Part shown: positions 43,703 through 58,179 of the stretch, in pieces | Layout: the number at the start of each line of letters is the position of its first letter | How positions within the stretch are numbered: position 1 is the stretch's first letter | NCBI GenBank assembly: GCA_964016885.1 | Contig: OZ024742.1 | Span: forward strand, 316,324,001 to 316,388,000 | From: Eledone cirrhosa | Lineage: Eukaryota | Length of the DNA stretch: 64,000 bases | Direction: 5' to 3' | Made by a program: the position numbers and the translations under genes | Notes under the pieces: model-generated | Seen by the model: only the letters and a program-made list of their open reading frames with translations | Databases searched by the model: none | Told to the model about the DNA's origin: nothing

Positions 43703-43812
43703 CCCGGACTCGAGTTTCTGTCGCACTAATGCAGCAGTAAGGTGCACTGCACTATCTGTCCGCATATATTATGCAACAATGCACAATCGGCTTATGCGGC
43801 TTCATCAGCGGG
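43703..43812 (-). ncRNA. Type I hammerhead ribozyme in a cassette ending at (TA)n near 43553
   Basis: Minus strand CCCG-CTGATGA-AGCCGCA...TGCGACA-GAAA-CTCGAG-TC-CGGG; palindromic stem III, GUC site. Confidence 0.8.
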
Positions 43813-44542
43813 TATCGCCTAATCCATAACCAATCGATCGACCGAATCCAAACACCGGCCCATGCCGGTCATGACTGTTTGTGACAACCGACACGGTAAA
43901 GCGATTAGCAACTGGTAACCGATAGGACTATCTCTCAACTAGCCACTGATTTACAAATTTTACGTGGGGACGGGAAGCTAAAAAGAATCCATCTTTTAGT
44001 TCTCACACACAAATTATCAAGGGGTGAAAAGATGGCTATTAGAAATAGCAGTTCACATTGATATAAAATAGAATTGTAGCATTCGGTTCATGTCTCCAAG
44101 CCCCATGGCTAGAGGAAACCGATGGTAACAATGGTAGTGCCAAGAACCTTTAACGGACTTTAAATGCTATCATCCATTATATAGCAATATAGTAGCGAGC
44201 TGAAATGTGTCAGCCACGTGCGTAGATAACCAGTCTAATTCACAACTTAAAAGAGTGAGAGACAAAATTAGTAGCAGGAAAAATAGTGCATATCAAAACA
44301 AAAACACAATAAAAAGTGAAAAATTGTTTAACTTACTCTCAATATTCCGCGTGAGTATGTATATGTGCATGTGCACGCGTGTGTAGAGAAGCCCTAACCC
44401 GGTTACCTAGGTTCTGTTTACAATGTTCTATTGTATTGTTCTATATCTGTAAAGAATATAATTGTTGGTACGAATTCTATGATAATATATATTTAGCTTT
44501 GTTCTGAAACATAGTTGGGCCCTGACATGCAAAGGACCACTA

Positions 44543-45190
44543 ATAATTGTTTCTAATTTTGGCACAAGACCAGCAATTACCCAGTACATTACTGATACTT
44601 TATTTTATCGCCCCGTAAGGATGAAAGGCAAAGTTAACCTCGGCGGGATGTGAACTCTGTCCGTAATGGGACGTAGCTATGCTAGAAAGCATGGCGTCCA
44701 ACCCTCTACCTATACTGCCAATTCACCGCGCTAATAATAGGAATTAGTTCCCATTTACATTGTGTTTGGTAAGAAACACGCATAATTTATTAATAATAGG
44801 ACTTTTAAATTCTGAGTTCAAATCCCGCCGAGGTTAGATTTGCCTTTCATCCTTACGGGGTCTATAAATAAAGTACCAGTAACGCCCCGGGTTCAATCTA
44901 GTTGACTTTTCCCTTACATTGAAATTGCTGGCCTTGTGCCAAATGTAGAAACAATTATTTAATTATATTGAAGTGCGGTGGATTGTCAGAGTTGTTGAAG
45001 TATTGGACAACACAATATCTAGTATTTGTTCGGGCTCTTTATGTTCAGAGATCAAATCCTCAACGACGTTCACAGTACTTTAATTCTTCCGGAATCGATA
45101 AACAAAGAACTGGTCAAGTGCTGAAGGCGATTTAATAACATTTTCTCTTTCTTCAAATTGCTGGCCTTGTATCTAAACTGGAAACCATTA
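44543..45190. mobile_element. SINE cluster (minus 44543-44730, plus 44805-44960, degenerate plus 44970-45190)
   Basis: SINE body and B-box motifs. Confidence 0.8.
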
Positions 45191-45719
45191 TTCATAATAA
45201 TTATTTATTAATCAACCCACATAATGTATAATAATTATTTATTAATTAATGACATGGTGGTATATTATTTATTAATTAATGAAATTTGCTAATTGGCGTA
45301 TGGGAAAACAATCTATATTTGTGTCTAAAATACATCTATTTATTAATATGTTGTTTGATGCGTTAAATAATATTTTACCGTAATCTAATTGTTCGAATAT
45401 ATTATAATTAATAAATTATTAATTCCGAACAGCTATAAATATAGAAATATGATTGGAAAAGCACCCATAGTGCAAGGGAAAGTGTTCCAAATACACCGAA
45501 ACTGTGATCTATTAATACCCAGACTTCAACCGTCTCTCTATGTTTTGAAACTGTATAATGGTTTAGTCCTCTTTTAAATATGCATTCATATATAATTAAT
45601 AAACACCTTATTTCCAACGAATAATACCAAATTAAATTTCAGTTTAAATTATTGCATTGCATATATTTAAATAAATATAGATAATCTTGGAATTAACGAT
45701 GAATCATTGTATTTTTCAG

Positions 45720-46220
45720 GTTACAAAATAACTTCATCAAAAGTGATAAGCGTTTATGTGGAATATCTTCATGATGTCTATCTCGCCTATTCTTTATCCA
45801 GCTTGGGGTATGTTTACGACATACCTATTCTGCCAAATTCGAAGCGGCTGCAAAACAATTGTTTCAATTTCACGGTTATAATGAGTAATAACGACAACAC
45901 GACCTTAACATTGAAGACACCATCAACACACGACTCCTCTAGTGCAATATTAAAACCATTCGTGAAAAAATCACTTTCCTCATATAGCTTAATCCTCAAT
46001 GATTACGAAACGGTTACTATTTCCTGTGACTGCAATCTTTCAGGCTTCCATCTAGTGGCAAGCCAACCAATATTTGTCATTTTCGGACAATATTCCAAAC
46101 AACAAATACATGAACTTATTTTGATGATTGAATCTCTTCAACCAGTATCAAGACTAACTGGACAGTATTTTGTGTATGTTCCAAATTGGATACAGATAAA
46201 TACAACACTTTATATTTTGG
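45720..46220 (+). CDS. Exon of IgGFc-binding-domain membrane protein
   Basis: TTTTTCAG acceptor, G|GTAAAT donor, phase 1-1. GYKITSSKVISVY, DVYLAY..SSLG..Y, NDNT, LSG..LVASQPIFVIFG and MIESLQP match the IgGFc_binding pattern. Confidence 0.85.
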
Positions 46221-46987
46221 GTAAATATCTTCTACTGAATTATTTCATCTATTTATGTTGCTATTGAGTAATATTTCTCTTTTATACGAGGCAGATGAAC
46301 GCTTTCTTGTTTTCTCTTTTGTTCTTTCACTGGTTTCAGCCAATAGACTGCAGCTACTCAGAAGGGATTTAACCGATCATTTCGACCCTAGTGATTATAT
46401 TTTGAATTCTGTTACTTATGTAATCGACCACGTCATTGTCGAATCGCAAATGATCAAACAATTAACAGAAATATAGACAGGCAGACACAAACACATATAC
46501 GTATATATACGTATAATCTACATATATAACTGATTTCTTCATTTTTTCACTCACTTGTTAAAATTATGTTTGATTAGAGATAAGTTGGTGAGGTCTTATG
46601 GAGGGGCGGAATGAATAGAATTTTGACCCTTACCATCAGGTAAATTTCTGAACCAGTGGCCAATCGGTTGACGGCATTTTGAGGATGTGTTGGGATTTCA
46701 GTTGCCAATGTACTACTGTGTCGCCTGTCGCATTCACTGCATAAGAGGCAGGGACTGGAATCGAATTCTGTCGAACGATTGGTTATTGATTAGGCGAGAC
46801 CCCTTGATGAAGCCACATGCGTCGATTCTGCACTGTTGCATAATAAATGCAGACAGTAGATGCGGTGTGCTCGTTTGCTGCATTAAGTTTGCTGCATTAA
46901 GTTTGGCTGAAACTCGTACCTATTGAGTACGCTGAGATGCAACCGGTTCTAGCAGTGAAACCTTATGCTAGTCCCGTCAACTTATTA

Positions 46988-47093
<106 letters not shown>

Positions 47094-47152
47094 CCAAAAT
47101 GCAGAGAGCATCCAGAGTGATCCGCCGATCTTTACGCATGTTTTCCTCGGAA

Positions 47153-47400
47153 GGAGACCATACTTTTGAGATTGCCCTCGTATATAATAACTACGCGAAA
47201 TTCGCACTTGGCGGTAGCGTTCAACGGGAGCTCCATTCTTAACGGCTGCCAAGCCAGGATTAAGTATCTCAGCGAAGCGCGCGCATGCTTGTTTGGGAAT
47301 GAAGGAAGCACCAATCACAACAGTGTTGCCAACAGCCGTACGAACAGTTTCTCTGCGTCCCCATCGCTTTGGAGACCTTACTTTTGGGATTACCCTCGTA
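47153..47400. mobile_element. Mariner-like terminal repeat fragments (two same-orientation ends)
   Basis: GGAGACC.TACTTTTG.GATT.CCCTCG-TA at 47153-47182 and 47371-47400 (reverse complement TACGAGGG...). Confidence 0.55.
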
Positions 47401-47409
47401 TATATTTAA

Positions 47410-47443
<34 letters not shown>

Positions 47444-48160
47444 GAGGGTAATATATATATATATATTCGACGGTATTCTCCACAGTTGCTAGCTTCCAAG
47501 TTTCACTTACATGTCATTGATCAACAGGAGGCGATAGTAAAAGACACCTGAATGTGCTACACAGTGTGACCAAACAACGAAGCCATGTGTTTACGAAGCG
47601 GATTCCTTAACTACAGAAGGCATTCAGAGAACCCCATCCTCAAGCGAGTGTTTCGGCCCTTAAATTCTTACACTCTAAGGAGGCTGGGTCGCATGGAGGT
47701 AATGAATCCTGGGTGCGATTCTGCCCACATTTAAGCATTTGGATATCGGAGACATGTGTATTTAAATCGTATGAATATTTTCTAGCTAGAACTCCTTTCC
47801 GTTGACTCTGCTTTCAAACTTATATCTAGAAGCTTTCTTGTGTTTGGAAAATAACGTTGGTAGTTATGACAACGGTGAGACGTAAACAGTGTCAGAACTG
47901 TCGCCAGCTACAACTCCGACTTACTCAGAGTTACTAATTACTCAGCGTGTGTTAAAATACAAACACGATGCCCTCGAACCGGTTAATATGAAATAGATAT
48001 GATATATATACACACATAGAAGATATAAAGAATTTATGAAAAATTGTGCTGTAGCCGATAGAGGAAAGAGCGAATATTGATATTAAAGTAGGCGGGTGTT
48101 GTTGCTTTATGTTGATTGAACGCGAGTGGCCCACTTGTTTTAGTCGTACCCCCTTCCATG

Positions 48161-48219
<59 letters not shown>

Positions 48220-48646
48220 CGTTCCATACTGAAACAAGCGTGTGTTTGTAGCATATCAGCTAATATGTTGAACGCGTGTTTCTATCTTTGGTTTTCAGCA
48301 CACTATCTAATTTCGCGTATGCTGGTTTTCTCGCAAATTGTCACTTCTCCATTCAACGGGGTCGATGAAATAAAGTACCAGTAATGCACTGGGTAATTGC
48401 TGGCCTTGTGCCTAAAGTAGAAACAATTATATTTCCCGTCAAATTCCGTCGCAGTGAAGACGATATCTCACGACGAGCATCATGATCACAGATTGACAAA
48501 TAGCAAACAAATAAACAAATGAATATAACCCCAAGTGTGAGGAAAACCTATTCCCGAGTCAAAGGAACTCCCATGCCAAGTTTAAACATGATTGGTCCTC
48601 TGGTCTTTAAGGGCATAAAAGACAAACAGACAAAGAAACGAACTAT

Positions 48647-48732
<86 letters not shown>

Positions 48733-48804
48733 GTACATACATATCGAAATATATGGCTATTTAAAAGTCTTCCATTATATATATATATATATACATACAT
48801 ATAT

Positions 48805-48857
<53 letters not shown>

Positions 48858-48963
48858 ACGCTGAATTTGCTTACAAACCGCCAGAGATTCGATTTTACTA
48901 AATTTCCAATTATATATATATATATATTATATATATCGAAATATGTGGGTATTTAAAAGTCTT

Positions 48964-49014
<51 letters not shown>

Positions 49015-49028
49015 TCATATATACATAT

Positions 49029-49062
<34 letters not shown>

Positions 49063-49144
49063 GGCTATTTAAAAGTCTTCCATCATATATATATATATAT
49101 ATATATGCACATACATATATATATATATATACACACATACATAT

Positions 49145-49187
<43 letters not shown>

Positions 49188-49303
49188 AAGACTTTTAAAT
49201 AGCCATATATATATATATGTGTGTGTGTGTGTATATGTATATATGAATGTATATATATATATATATATATATATGATGGAAGACTTTTAAATAGCCATAT
49301 ATT

Positions 49304-49348
<45 letters not shown>

Positions 49349-49392
49349 AGAAAAAATTTACGAAATGGAAATGCGGGTATATAGAATTTATT

Positions 49393-49509
49393 AGGTAACA
49401 ATTGTTTCTATAGTGTATGAGTTACCTATACCTCGCTATTTGAATAATACACAAATATTATCAAAAACCGAAAGTACACTGTAAGCCAACACACCATGTC
49501 ATCAGACCT
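49393..49509 (-). ncRNA. Type I hammerhead ribozyme
   Basis: Minus strand AGGT-CTGATGA-C ATGGTGT...ACACTAT A-GAAA-CAATTG-TT-ACCT. Confidence 0.8.
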
Positions 49510-49599
49510 TTGTATTAGAATGATATGAAAATATTTTATACACTAGATAAAAGATAAAGAAGGAGGTAGGAAGAGAAGGGGAAGAGGGAAGTGAGAGAG

Positions 49600-49793
49600 A
49601 GAGAATTAGTATATTTACCAACATATGCGTACAGATGTACACTAATGCTAGCAAATAGATAAGTTATGTCATAGTACGTAGGTAGTTCTATGCAGGGCGA
49701 TGCAGAACCACCTAGGTACTATGACATAACTTATGTATTTGCTAGCAATAGTGTACATCTGTACGCATATGTTGGTAAATATACTAATTCTCT
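49600..49793. repeat. ~90-bp-arm inverted repeat between two outward-facing hammerhead cassettes
   Basis: AGAGAATTAGTATATTTACCAAC... vs ...GTTGGTAAATATACTAATTCTCT with few mismatches. Confidence 0.85.
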
Positions 49794-50087
49794 ATATTTA
49801 TCTCCAAATTATTTATCTCCAAATTATTTATTTGTTGAGCAAACTTGCCAAATCCACTACTAATTCATAGTAGTGCTAGTAGGCTCTTGTCATAATACCA
49901 TCCCACTCCTACTGACTAGCCTCAGTGTCACGTGATTGATTCTTTAGAATCTGCCACTTGACCAGAGACAGTGAACTTTTTCAGTGCTATGGAATTCAGT
50001 CCCCGCTAGCTGTTCCATCCACCGAATTATTATTTTTATATGAGTCCCTAGTGTCCGCGCATTGCCTGGAGACTTAGCTGAGAATAG

Positions 50088-50169
50088 ACTCCCTGATGAC
50101 GTAATGAATTCTCGATGGTTACATTGCGTAACTATCTTTATCCCATTACAGAAACTAATTAGTTGGAGT
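50088..50169 (+). ncRNA. Type I hammerhead ribozyme
   Basis: ACTCC-CTGATGA-C GTAATG(..GATGGTTAC/GTAACTATC..)CATTAC A-GAAA-CTAATTAG-TT-GGAGT. Confidence 0.85.
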
Positions 50170-51027
50170 GAAAATTTTAGTAAGTAAGTTAATTTTTAAC
50201 TTTTAAAATTTTCTTATTTTACGTCTTTCATATATATATATATATATATAATTGGAAATTTAGTAAAATCGAATCTCTGGCGGTTTGCAAGCAAATTCGG
50301 CCTACTTATATATATATATATATATTATATATGTATCTATGAGTATATACGTATGTATATATATATATATGGCTATTTAAAAGTCGTCCATCATATATTC
50401 AATGTACATAGTTGTGAGGTTGGCTATTAGCTGGTGATGATCGTATATTTCCTTACAAGGTGCGGTAATAGCATTTCAAACACAATCCGCTAAATTCGCT
50501 AAAGTGTTCAAATGAAGTCGTTATTGTAAATCTTCAAATTTTATTTTTTTAATTTTATATCTTCTATCTTCTTCCATTGATTTTGTGAAAATATATTTAT
50601 ATATTTATAGAGTTCGCAATTTTCCTACTTAAGTTTTCAGCTTTTACCCACACCGAGATGGGAATTAATGTACAATGCTATGCACTCTCTACACTAAATG
50701 CAAAAGAGAGAAAGTGTAGCATTATATATATATATCGCTCCTGTTCTTGGTGTCTCCTAGCTGCTCCCTTTAACACCTTCCAGGCGCGTGTACTGTCACG
50801 CACATACATACAAACACATACATTCCCATAGATATTCATGTACACACATTATATTATAATGGTGCTATTTAGTGCATAGCCTTCACAAATATGACGACGC
50901 ATTTTTAAATTTGAATAATACTTCATATCGGGTTGTATAGTATGTATCAAACTCAAAATGAATCAACAGCACATTTCATCGATCTGCTTTGCGACTATAC
51001 CGTACAATATATATTTTACCGTAAACA

Positions 51028-51187
<160 letters not shown>

Positions 51188-51189
51188 AC

Positions 51190-51221
<32 letters not shown>

Positions 51222-52809
51222 GGGGAAAACAAATTTTAGAGTAGAAATCGCAGACAAATAATATTTTAGGTGCGTTTTATACAAGTACGTTTGTTTAAGG
51301 AAATACAAAACAAAAATGTAGATCCCCAGAAGCTATATTTCTGAAGAGGTTGGCGTGTATAAATACATGAATAAAGCAACTAGTGTGAGAGAAGAATATT
51401 CTGGTGAATTTGTATAAAAAGTAGTTTCTATCGCTTGCTGAAAACCTTGTCAAAAACGTTTCCGGCATTAACAGAAAATACAGAACATGCTATTGATTCA
51501 TTAAAGATTTATATATGTAAATAGAAGAAACAATTTCTTACTTGACTGAAGAATCCAGAAGTATTAAGTGACAGTGACAAAACATAAAGAAACCACCATG
51601 TATGAGCTTTCTGATATGTTCAAATACGCGATGGCAAAATAATGCATGTAAACGAACAAAAAAACCCAACAGCAACGTATGATGAATAGAATAGCAAAAA
51701 CAAATATTGACAGAAACTAGAAGAAATATAATTAGTAAGAGCAGTATTTGTTTATAGATGCTTTGAAAAAATGATGAAGTAAAAGGAGCCTATTTTAGAA
51801 TATTACAAGTCAAAAGAATATTGACGTCTCTAAACCTAGGCACAGAGGCAGTTGTATTGCTTTCTATAGTTTAATCAACAAATTTCAATTGGATTATATC
51901 ATGTTTGCATATAAAACAGAGAAATAAAGGGAAGAAATTGAATAGCGAAAGTAACGGAAATAGGGTAGGAGCGACCGACACTGCAACTCTGTATAGGTGG
52001 TATTTCACAGCTGTGTTTTGTAGACAAAATGGCGAAGACATTACCGCGGAGAACGGCCAGTGAAATCTGTTGCATTGTATATCTCATAAGTGTTGTGATT
52101 TAATCAAGGATAAACTAAAAAATTATCAACACTGAATTGAAAATATATAAGACAACAGCTATTGCATTTGTGGAATATTAGATCCTGAATGTTATATATA
52201 GATGCGAAAGTATTAATATAATGTTTATAGCATATGTTGAAAATATAAAGCTGAAACAAAGAAGATAAGTATGTATATATCAATATGACCCACATTTCTA
52301 ATGGTTACTGTAGATACCGAATATTTGTAGCAGTGAGGTTTCTTTTACAGATACTTTAAAGCGAACTCATATTATTTGTTAACGACTTGCTGTAAATAAT
52401 TCGATATTTCAAACTATCTGAAACTATTTGATTTTCATTTCACATATTGGTGAGATTGTATTTCCTTTCAACTGGAGCTTGCATACTTACGAATCCATTT
52501 GTTTTGATTTTATCGTTTGCTAATGCAGTCGAGTTTCAATCGCAATATCTTTTACTTTTAATTCTCATATTGTGTATAGAAGCTTTAATATAGATGTATA
52601 GAAGCTTTAATTTGAAAGAAAATATCAACAGAATTGGTGTGGCTTTGATTTCCAAAAGCTATCCACATCTTATTCTCTCTCATATCGACTTTGTGTATTA
52701 CACAAAAAGAATCTGATGAAACAGACAGATTCATACATACTTACATACATACATACCTACACACATATATACATTCATAATTACATACATACATACATAC
52801 ATACATACA

Positions 52810-53420
52810 TGGTGGCTGCCAACTCGTTTTCGAGTACGGCCACTACTTTATATCCATGTAGGAGAACCCCTACTGATGCGCTGAACGAGTGTGACTTTTT
52901 AGTCCAGCCAGCGACTTGAAAGCTCTGGTACAAACACTACACTTGTGACAATTATTGACACATAGTGCTGGGCCCATGGTACCATGTGACGACAAATGCA
53001 GAGAGATCTCCAGATATAAAGCAATGCCTGTGCCGTGAAGCTTTTATAGTGAGCAAAGGCACTGCACAAAGCCAGTCCCACTCTCTTAACCAAGATGATA
53101 TTTACCAAAAAGAAGAACAAGTCAACATCATTGGATACCATCAGGGTTGCAGGTGTTATATCAGAGTTTTCCTTCTCCTAGAATTCTGCCTTGACAAAGG
53201 CTAAGGGGTCATCTCTCCCGGTGATTTTGGATGGCCATTGACTCTTAAGAGCTCCTTTGCCTTTTGACAGGTTTTGTTTTTAGTCCTGCAGGATGTCCAA
53301 AGTCACCCTCCTCACCAAGAAACCTTGGTGGGGTTGCCAGTTTAGTCGCCAACGACCCGACCATGGGACAGGTTGTACTGGAATACATGTTACCAGTAGC
53401 ACCAACTGGTGACCTGACAT
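52810..53420 (-). mobile_element. RTE-derived non-autonomous element
   Basis: Nearly identical to 62155-62764; CTAGGAGAAGGAAAACTCTGA on the minus strand; an extra 3'-end stub at 53500-53537. Confidence 0.7.
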
Positions 53421-54170
53421 ATATACATACATACATACATACATACATACATACAAACATACATACAAACATACATACAAACATACATACATTCATACAT
53501 GATGGCTGCCCCTCGTTATCGAGTATGGCCATTGCTCGAAAAAAACAAAAACATAACAATAACGACAACAACAACAATAATAATAATAAGATATGTATAT
53601 ATATATATATATGAATAAAGTTAGTCCTTCATCAGTGATCTTCCAACCATCATTGGTATTTCATCGCTTTAAAGACCATATACCTCCGGTTGGTGCGAGC
53701 AACGGCTAAAAAAAGTCGTTGGGACACGTAAATAAAGGGGACACGAGTGTAAACAAACAAAAATGGTGAAGCAACGAAAGATGGAGTCAAGTCCCAAATT
53801 TCTATGAATTTAAATTCGGTGAAATCGTGAACGAGAGAGAATAAAGACCATACACACACATACATACACATACACACACACATATACATATATATATATA
53901 TACATACATATACATACCCCCCCCCACACACACACACAATAACAATTAACGGTGCTGCGATAGAATGTGGCTTTTTAGCCCATACATACATACATGGGTG
54001 CACATATGTGTGGATATTTTTTCAGGACAAAACAAACAATATTTTACAGGCACGGCTATAATTAATGGGATGAATTTGAATAATTTATGGATTTATTGTC
54101 TTTGGTTGTTGTATATTGCACTTATTTACCTTTCAGAAAATCAGTAACCTATCTTTTTCGCTTTCCCTAG

Positions 54171-55177
54171 CTCTACAAGACGTCACCAAAATTACATGGA
54201 GGACAAAAAGTGGGGAACAATCCAAGACACTAGAGACTGCTCAACAGCAGCTTTCTTTATCTCTTTCTGCAGAAGATTTTGCTTTTGTTCACTCAGAAAT
54301 TGGTGTCTTGCTTTTAACTCATATTCATCACACAATTAGCCGATCTGATATAATGACATTACAGTTTATTCCACCGACGTTGCAGTATATGAACCTAAAA
54401 CATCTATCATTAGCTTCAAACAGTGCCTATAAAACCTTTATTTTCATTCTTTATAATCACTGCAACAGTTCCATTGAAGCTGGACCAAATATTTTGTCAG
54501 TGCGAATGACAAAATCTAAACATTTCACAATTTACAACCGCTACTTTCCAGAATGGTTGACTTCACGAAACCAGAGTAAAAATTCAACGATAGAAAGATA
54601 TTTAAATTCTGTGTCATTCTATGGTTATTTCGGGCTCGAAAATCAAACTTTTGAGCGAATATATCAATTTCCGATATATTCCTTTCAAACGATTAATTGC
54701 CCCAATTTAACTTTGACATCATTACTAGAATCGATTTCTTCTTTGAAAATAAGGAGAAACCTAATTACCGATTCCTTCACATGGCTGCAACCATCCGACA
54801 TAGCATTGCTGGCTAACATACAACCTTCCTCTTTGTATAAATTAAATATGGGCAATGGTATTGATGAGGACTGTGACAGTAGAACAGATGAAGAATTAAA
54901 CAACCAGAAAGATGATGATGGGGATGGGTTATTGGATGAAGACCTTACATTCATAAGGGGTTGCAAGCTTGTCAAAATCTTCCAAAACGACAGAGATAGA
55001 TCGCAAATAGTTAAAAGTATGTATAGTATACACGAGGAAAATAATGTCGTAGCCCTAGTTAGCTCCCTAGGAGCATCATTACTAGCAGTAGTCCTGTTTA
55101 TAATAGGTTGCCTATTTGTGGAGAACTGGCTAAAGCCTCGTGCAAGAAGGACAATTTCGCCTTCATTTGACACATGA
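54171..55177 (+). CDS. Last exon: end of IgGFc-binding domain, Asp-rich DEDCD..DEE..DDDGDG..DED motif, TM helix, short tail
   Basis: CCCTAG acceptor in phase 1 gives LYILA-LQDVT; hydrophobic VVALVSSLGASLLAVVLFIIGCLFV followed by basic KPRARR; TGA at 55175-77. The four exons sum to 1770 nt in frame. Confidence 0.85.
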
Positions 55178-55664
55178 AAATAGTTTACGGCTGTATCGCA
55201 TTGCAAAGAATATATTTTCCTTTTCGATATCCAAACTATTAGGTTAGTCATCCAACAACCAGAGATTGGTGAATTCAAATTAGCATTATTCTTCAAAATA
55301 AAGACTAAGGATAGTTTGAGTAGGCGGGATGCTTAGCTACGGACACAGAATAGGGTTTGATTTATGCAAGCAAATATAACGACAATTATATTCATATTTC
55401 ACGGTCCACCCAACAACAAATATGAGATACACTTTACTGGAACAACGTGAAGCGTAAATGATGAAAGATTTGTTAGATTGTTGTGATGATTTCAGATTTG
55501 AAAACCGGAGGAAATATATGGCTGCCTGCATCACTGCCAACAGAAGTTTCTTTCATGGCATCTAATATATTAAAGAACATGGACAATTGTAACTTGAAAC
55601 CGATGTTTCTGTGATCAATACGCATAGGGCACTGAACACTTATGAATTATATAATAACACGAGT

Positions 55665-55682
55665 AATAAATACTGTAATAAA
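55665..55682 (+). promoter_or_regulatory. Candidate polyadenylation signals (two AATAAA)
   Basis: Tandem AATAAA ~490 nt after the stop codon; AT-rich context lowers specificity. Confidence 0.35.
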
Positions 55683-56760
55683 GTATAATATATTATTAAA
55701 TGAAAGATAAACACTCAATTATTCATCAAAGAAACAAAGGATGAAGAGTCATTGATCAAGTGTTATGGTCATTAAACTGAACTTTGATATTACAGTGTAA
55801 ACCAAACAGCACTTCCCGTTTATATTTTCACACATAAGTTCATTTTCTACGTCATTATTTTACAACGGAGATATTTAGTTAATTTAATGATTTCCTCATT
55901 TCATTCATTAAATCTTCTTTGATATTAAATCCAGTTGCTACATCTATATTAAGAAATCGCTGTGAAACATTTTAATGGTACTATTGAATGAACATCTTTA
56001 ATATGTATAGTAATTAAAAAGATATATCAATGAATATATATTTGCGTTGCATCTTTTCTACATTGGCGTTTCTTATAGAATAACTTTGTTTATCTATTGA
56101 AAAGGTTTCCACCACTCTTCTTTATCCACACATTCTAGTGCCCCATTTATAAATACCTCATAATATATTATATTTCCCAGTGTCTAGGCATATCACTCTA
56201 TCTCATTATGTTCTCGGTGCAGTCTGATTTCCACTATAGTCTATAAAGAAACACCTTAACATCACATTCTATTTTTTAATAAAATTGAAATTGTTCTACC
56301 AGATATTTCTGGTCTCATTATCAACCAATATAAGATGCTGGACACGTTTTATGCAGATAATGCATTGCGAAGGAGCTACAATAATTATCATTCATTTGTG
56401 TAATGTTCAAAAAAGAAAAATACCAATGCACTCAATTCCTGAAGTGTTGATAAATAAAAACAGCAATACGCTAGACATGATCATTTTCGTCAAACTATAA
56501 AATACATCTTGACTAAATCACAAATAGACATCTATCTAAGCAAGATAATAATAGGCAATGACAGAAACCGTTAAAACAGTTTCCAGCAACAACAATGTCA
56601 ACAACAAAAATTTGCATGCATCGAGATTATATTTTGTTTTTCCAAATAGACAATAGTGATAACCAAAGATAATTACTATCATACTTTCCTAAAGGTATTT
56701 TCACATTAAGAAGTTGATGCATAAAAGTGTGTTACGTTTCAAATACGCATTGGTTTATAT

Positions 56761-56909
56761 CAGGTATGGGCAACCTTTATTCAGCAGTGGGTTCATCATA
56801 AGGTGGTCCTGACTACTAAGAAAATTAAAGCAATTTTGAAATTAGGCGTACCAATCAGAAAACCAAACGGGTCATATGCGGCTCGCTGGCCGCAGTTTGC
56901 CCATGACTG
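56761..56909. mobile_element. hAT-type MITE
   Basis: TIRs CAGGTATGGGCAA / TTGCCCATGACTG; 8-bp target-site duplication GTTTATAT / GTTTAGAT. Confidence 0.8.
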
Positions 56910-58147
56910 GTTTAGATGACGTTTCCATCACTTAAGAATTGAAGGTAACTTTTTTATAGCCTTAGCAACTAATTTTCCCTTAAGGTCGTGTAATTACGCT
57001 ACCGTTCGTACACATCTTAGAATATTCTTAGCAATATATATCGATCGATGACATTCTTTAGAAACAATTTATCCAACAAAATAAATAGTTTTGCAATAAA
57101 ATGGTTTCATTTAAATTAATTGATTCTCCCAAGAACGTTTTTCTTCAATAAACCAATTCATAACATCTAATTTATTTTATCTCTCACACTTAAGGTGTAT
57201 TTCCTATAAAAAGGCTAAAAAGCCACCTATACCAAAATACAAAAAGACTAATGAATAAACAATCAGTAAAAAAAAAGTGTTTTATTAACGAAAAACTAAT
57301 TTGCACTTTTCTAATAAATAGTTCTTCGCTTGTCTAGAAATACATTTATATTGACTCTCTAGGATATTTTATGAAAGAAGCTTCAATTTTTGCTGCATAT
57401 TATTAGCTGACACGTATTTGTTTCCCTTCGCAGTGGACATATGTTTAGATAAAAAATGTTTAACAATAAAACATAAATGTTACATTTGTTTCAATACAAA
57501 AATAACTGTCTAAAAATAACTGTCCACACTACTAGTAGCTATTAGACTAAAAAATAATTTAGGAATTTTCATCTGTTTCTGCAAATTGTGTATAGGTGGT
57601 GATGTTTAAACAACTTTATTATTTATATAACACAATTTGCAAAGCAAGAAATTAAGAAAAAATACTATTATCAACCTTCTGTCAAAGGTTGTTTGTGGAA
57701 GACCAGCCGTCGCCATGCCTCCCCTCTCCACGCCACCGATATTGTCCAAGGGGAAGGCAATGGCCGATACAGTTTGACACCAGTGATGTCGCAACTCATT
57801 TCTACAGTCAAGTAAACTGGAACAAGGTGAAATAAAGTGTCTTGCTCAACGACACAAGGCATCACCCGGTCCGAGAAACGAACTCACAACCTTTGGATTG
57901 CAAGCTCAATTCTTTATTAAGTTATTACTAAATATATACGTTTGGATTGCAAGCTCAATTCAAACGTGTATATTTAGTAATAACTTGGTAAAGATATCCA
58001 AATCATAGAGCTAATCTAGCCCATGGAGCGAGTTTTAATATATTATTGTTAAGACCAGTTATTATTTCAAACTATGCTAGTTTGAAAAGTTGGTCCACTC
58101 AACGAAATGCGTGTTCCTGTTATGTCTTCTCTGTAGTATTGGTTTTA

Positions 58148-58179
<32 letters not shown>

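Noticed and set aside
52899-53614. Conserved 70-116 aa ORFs repeated at 62244-62827
   Set aside because: Identity reflects a recently duplicated non-coding repeat, not protein-level constraint.
54685-55296. 203-aa minus-strand ORF
   Set aside because: Antisense shadow of the real last exon.
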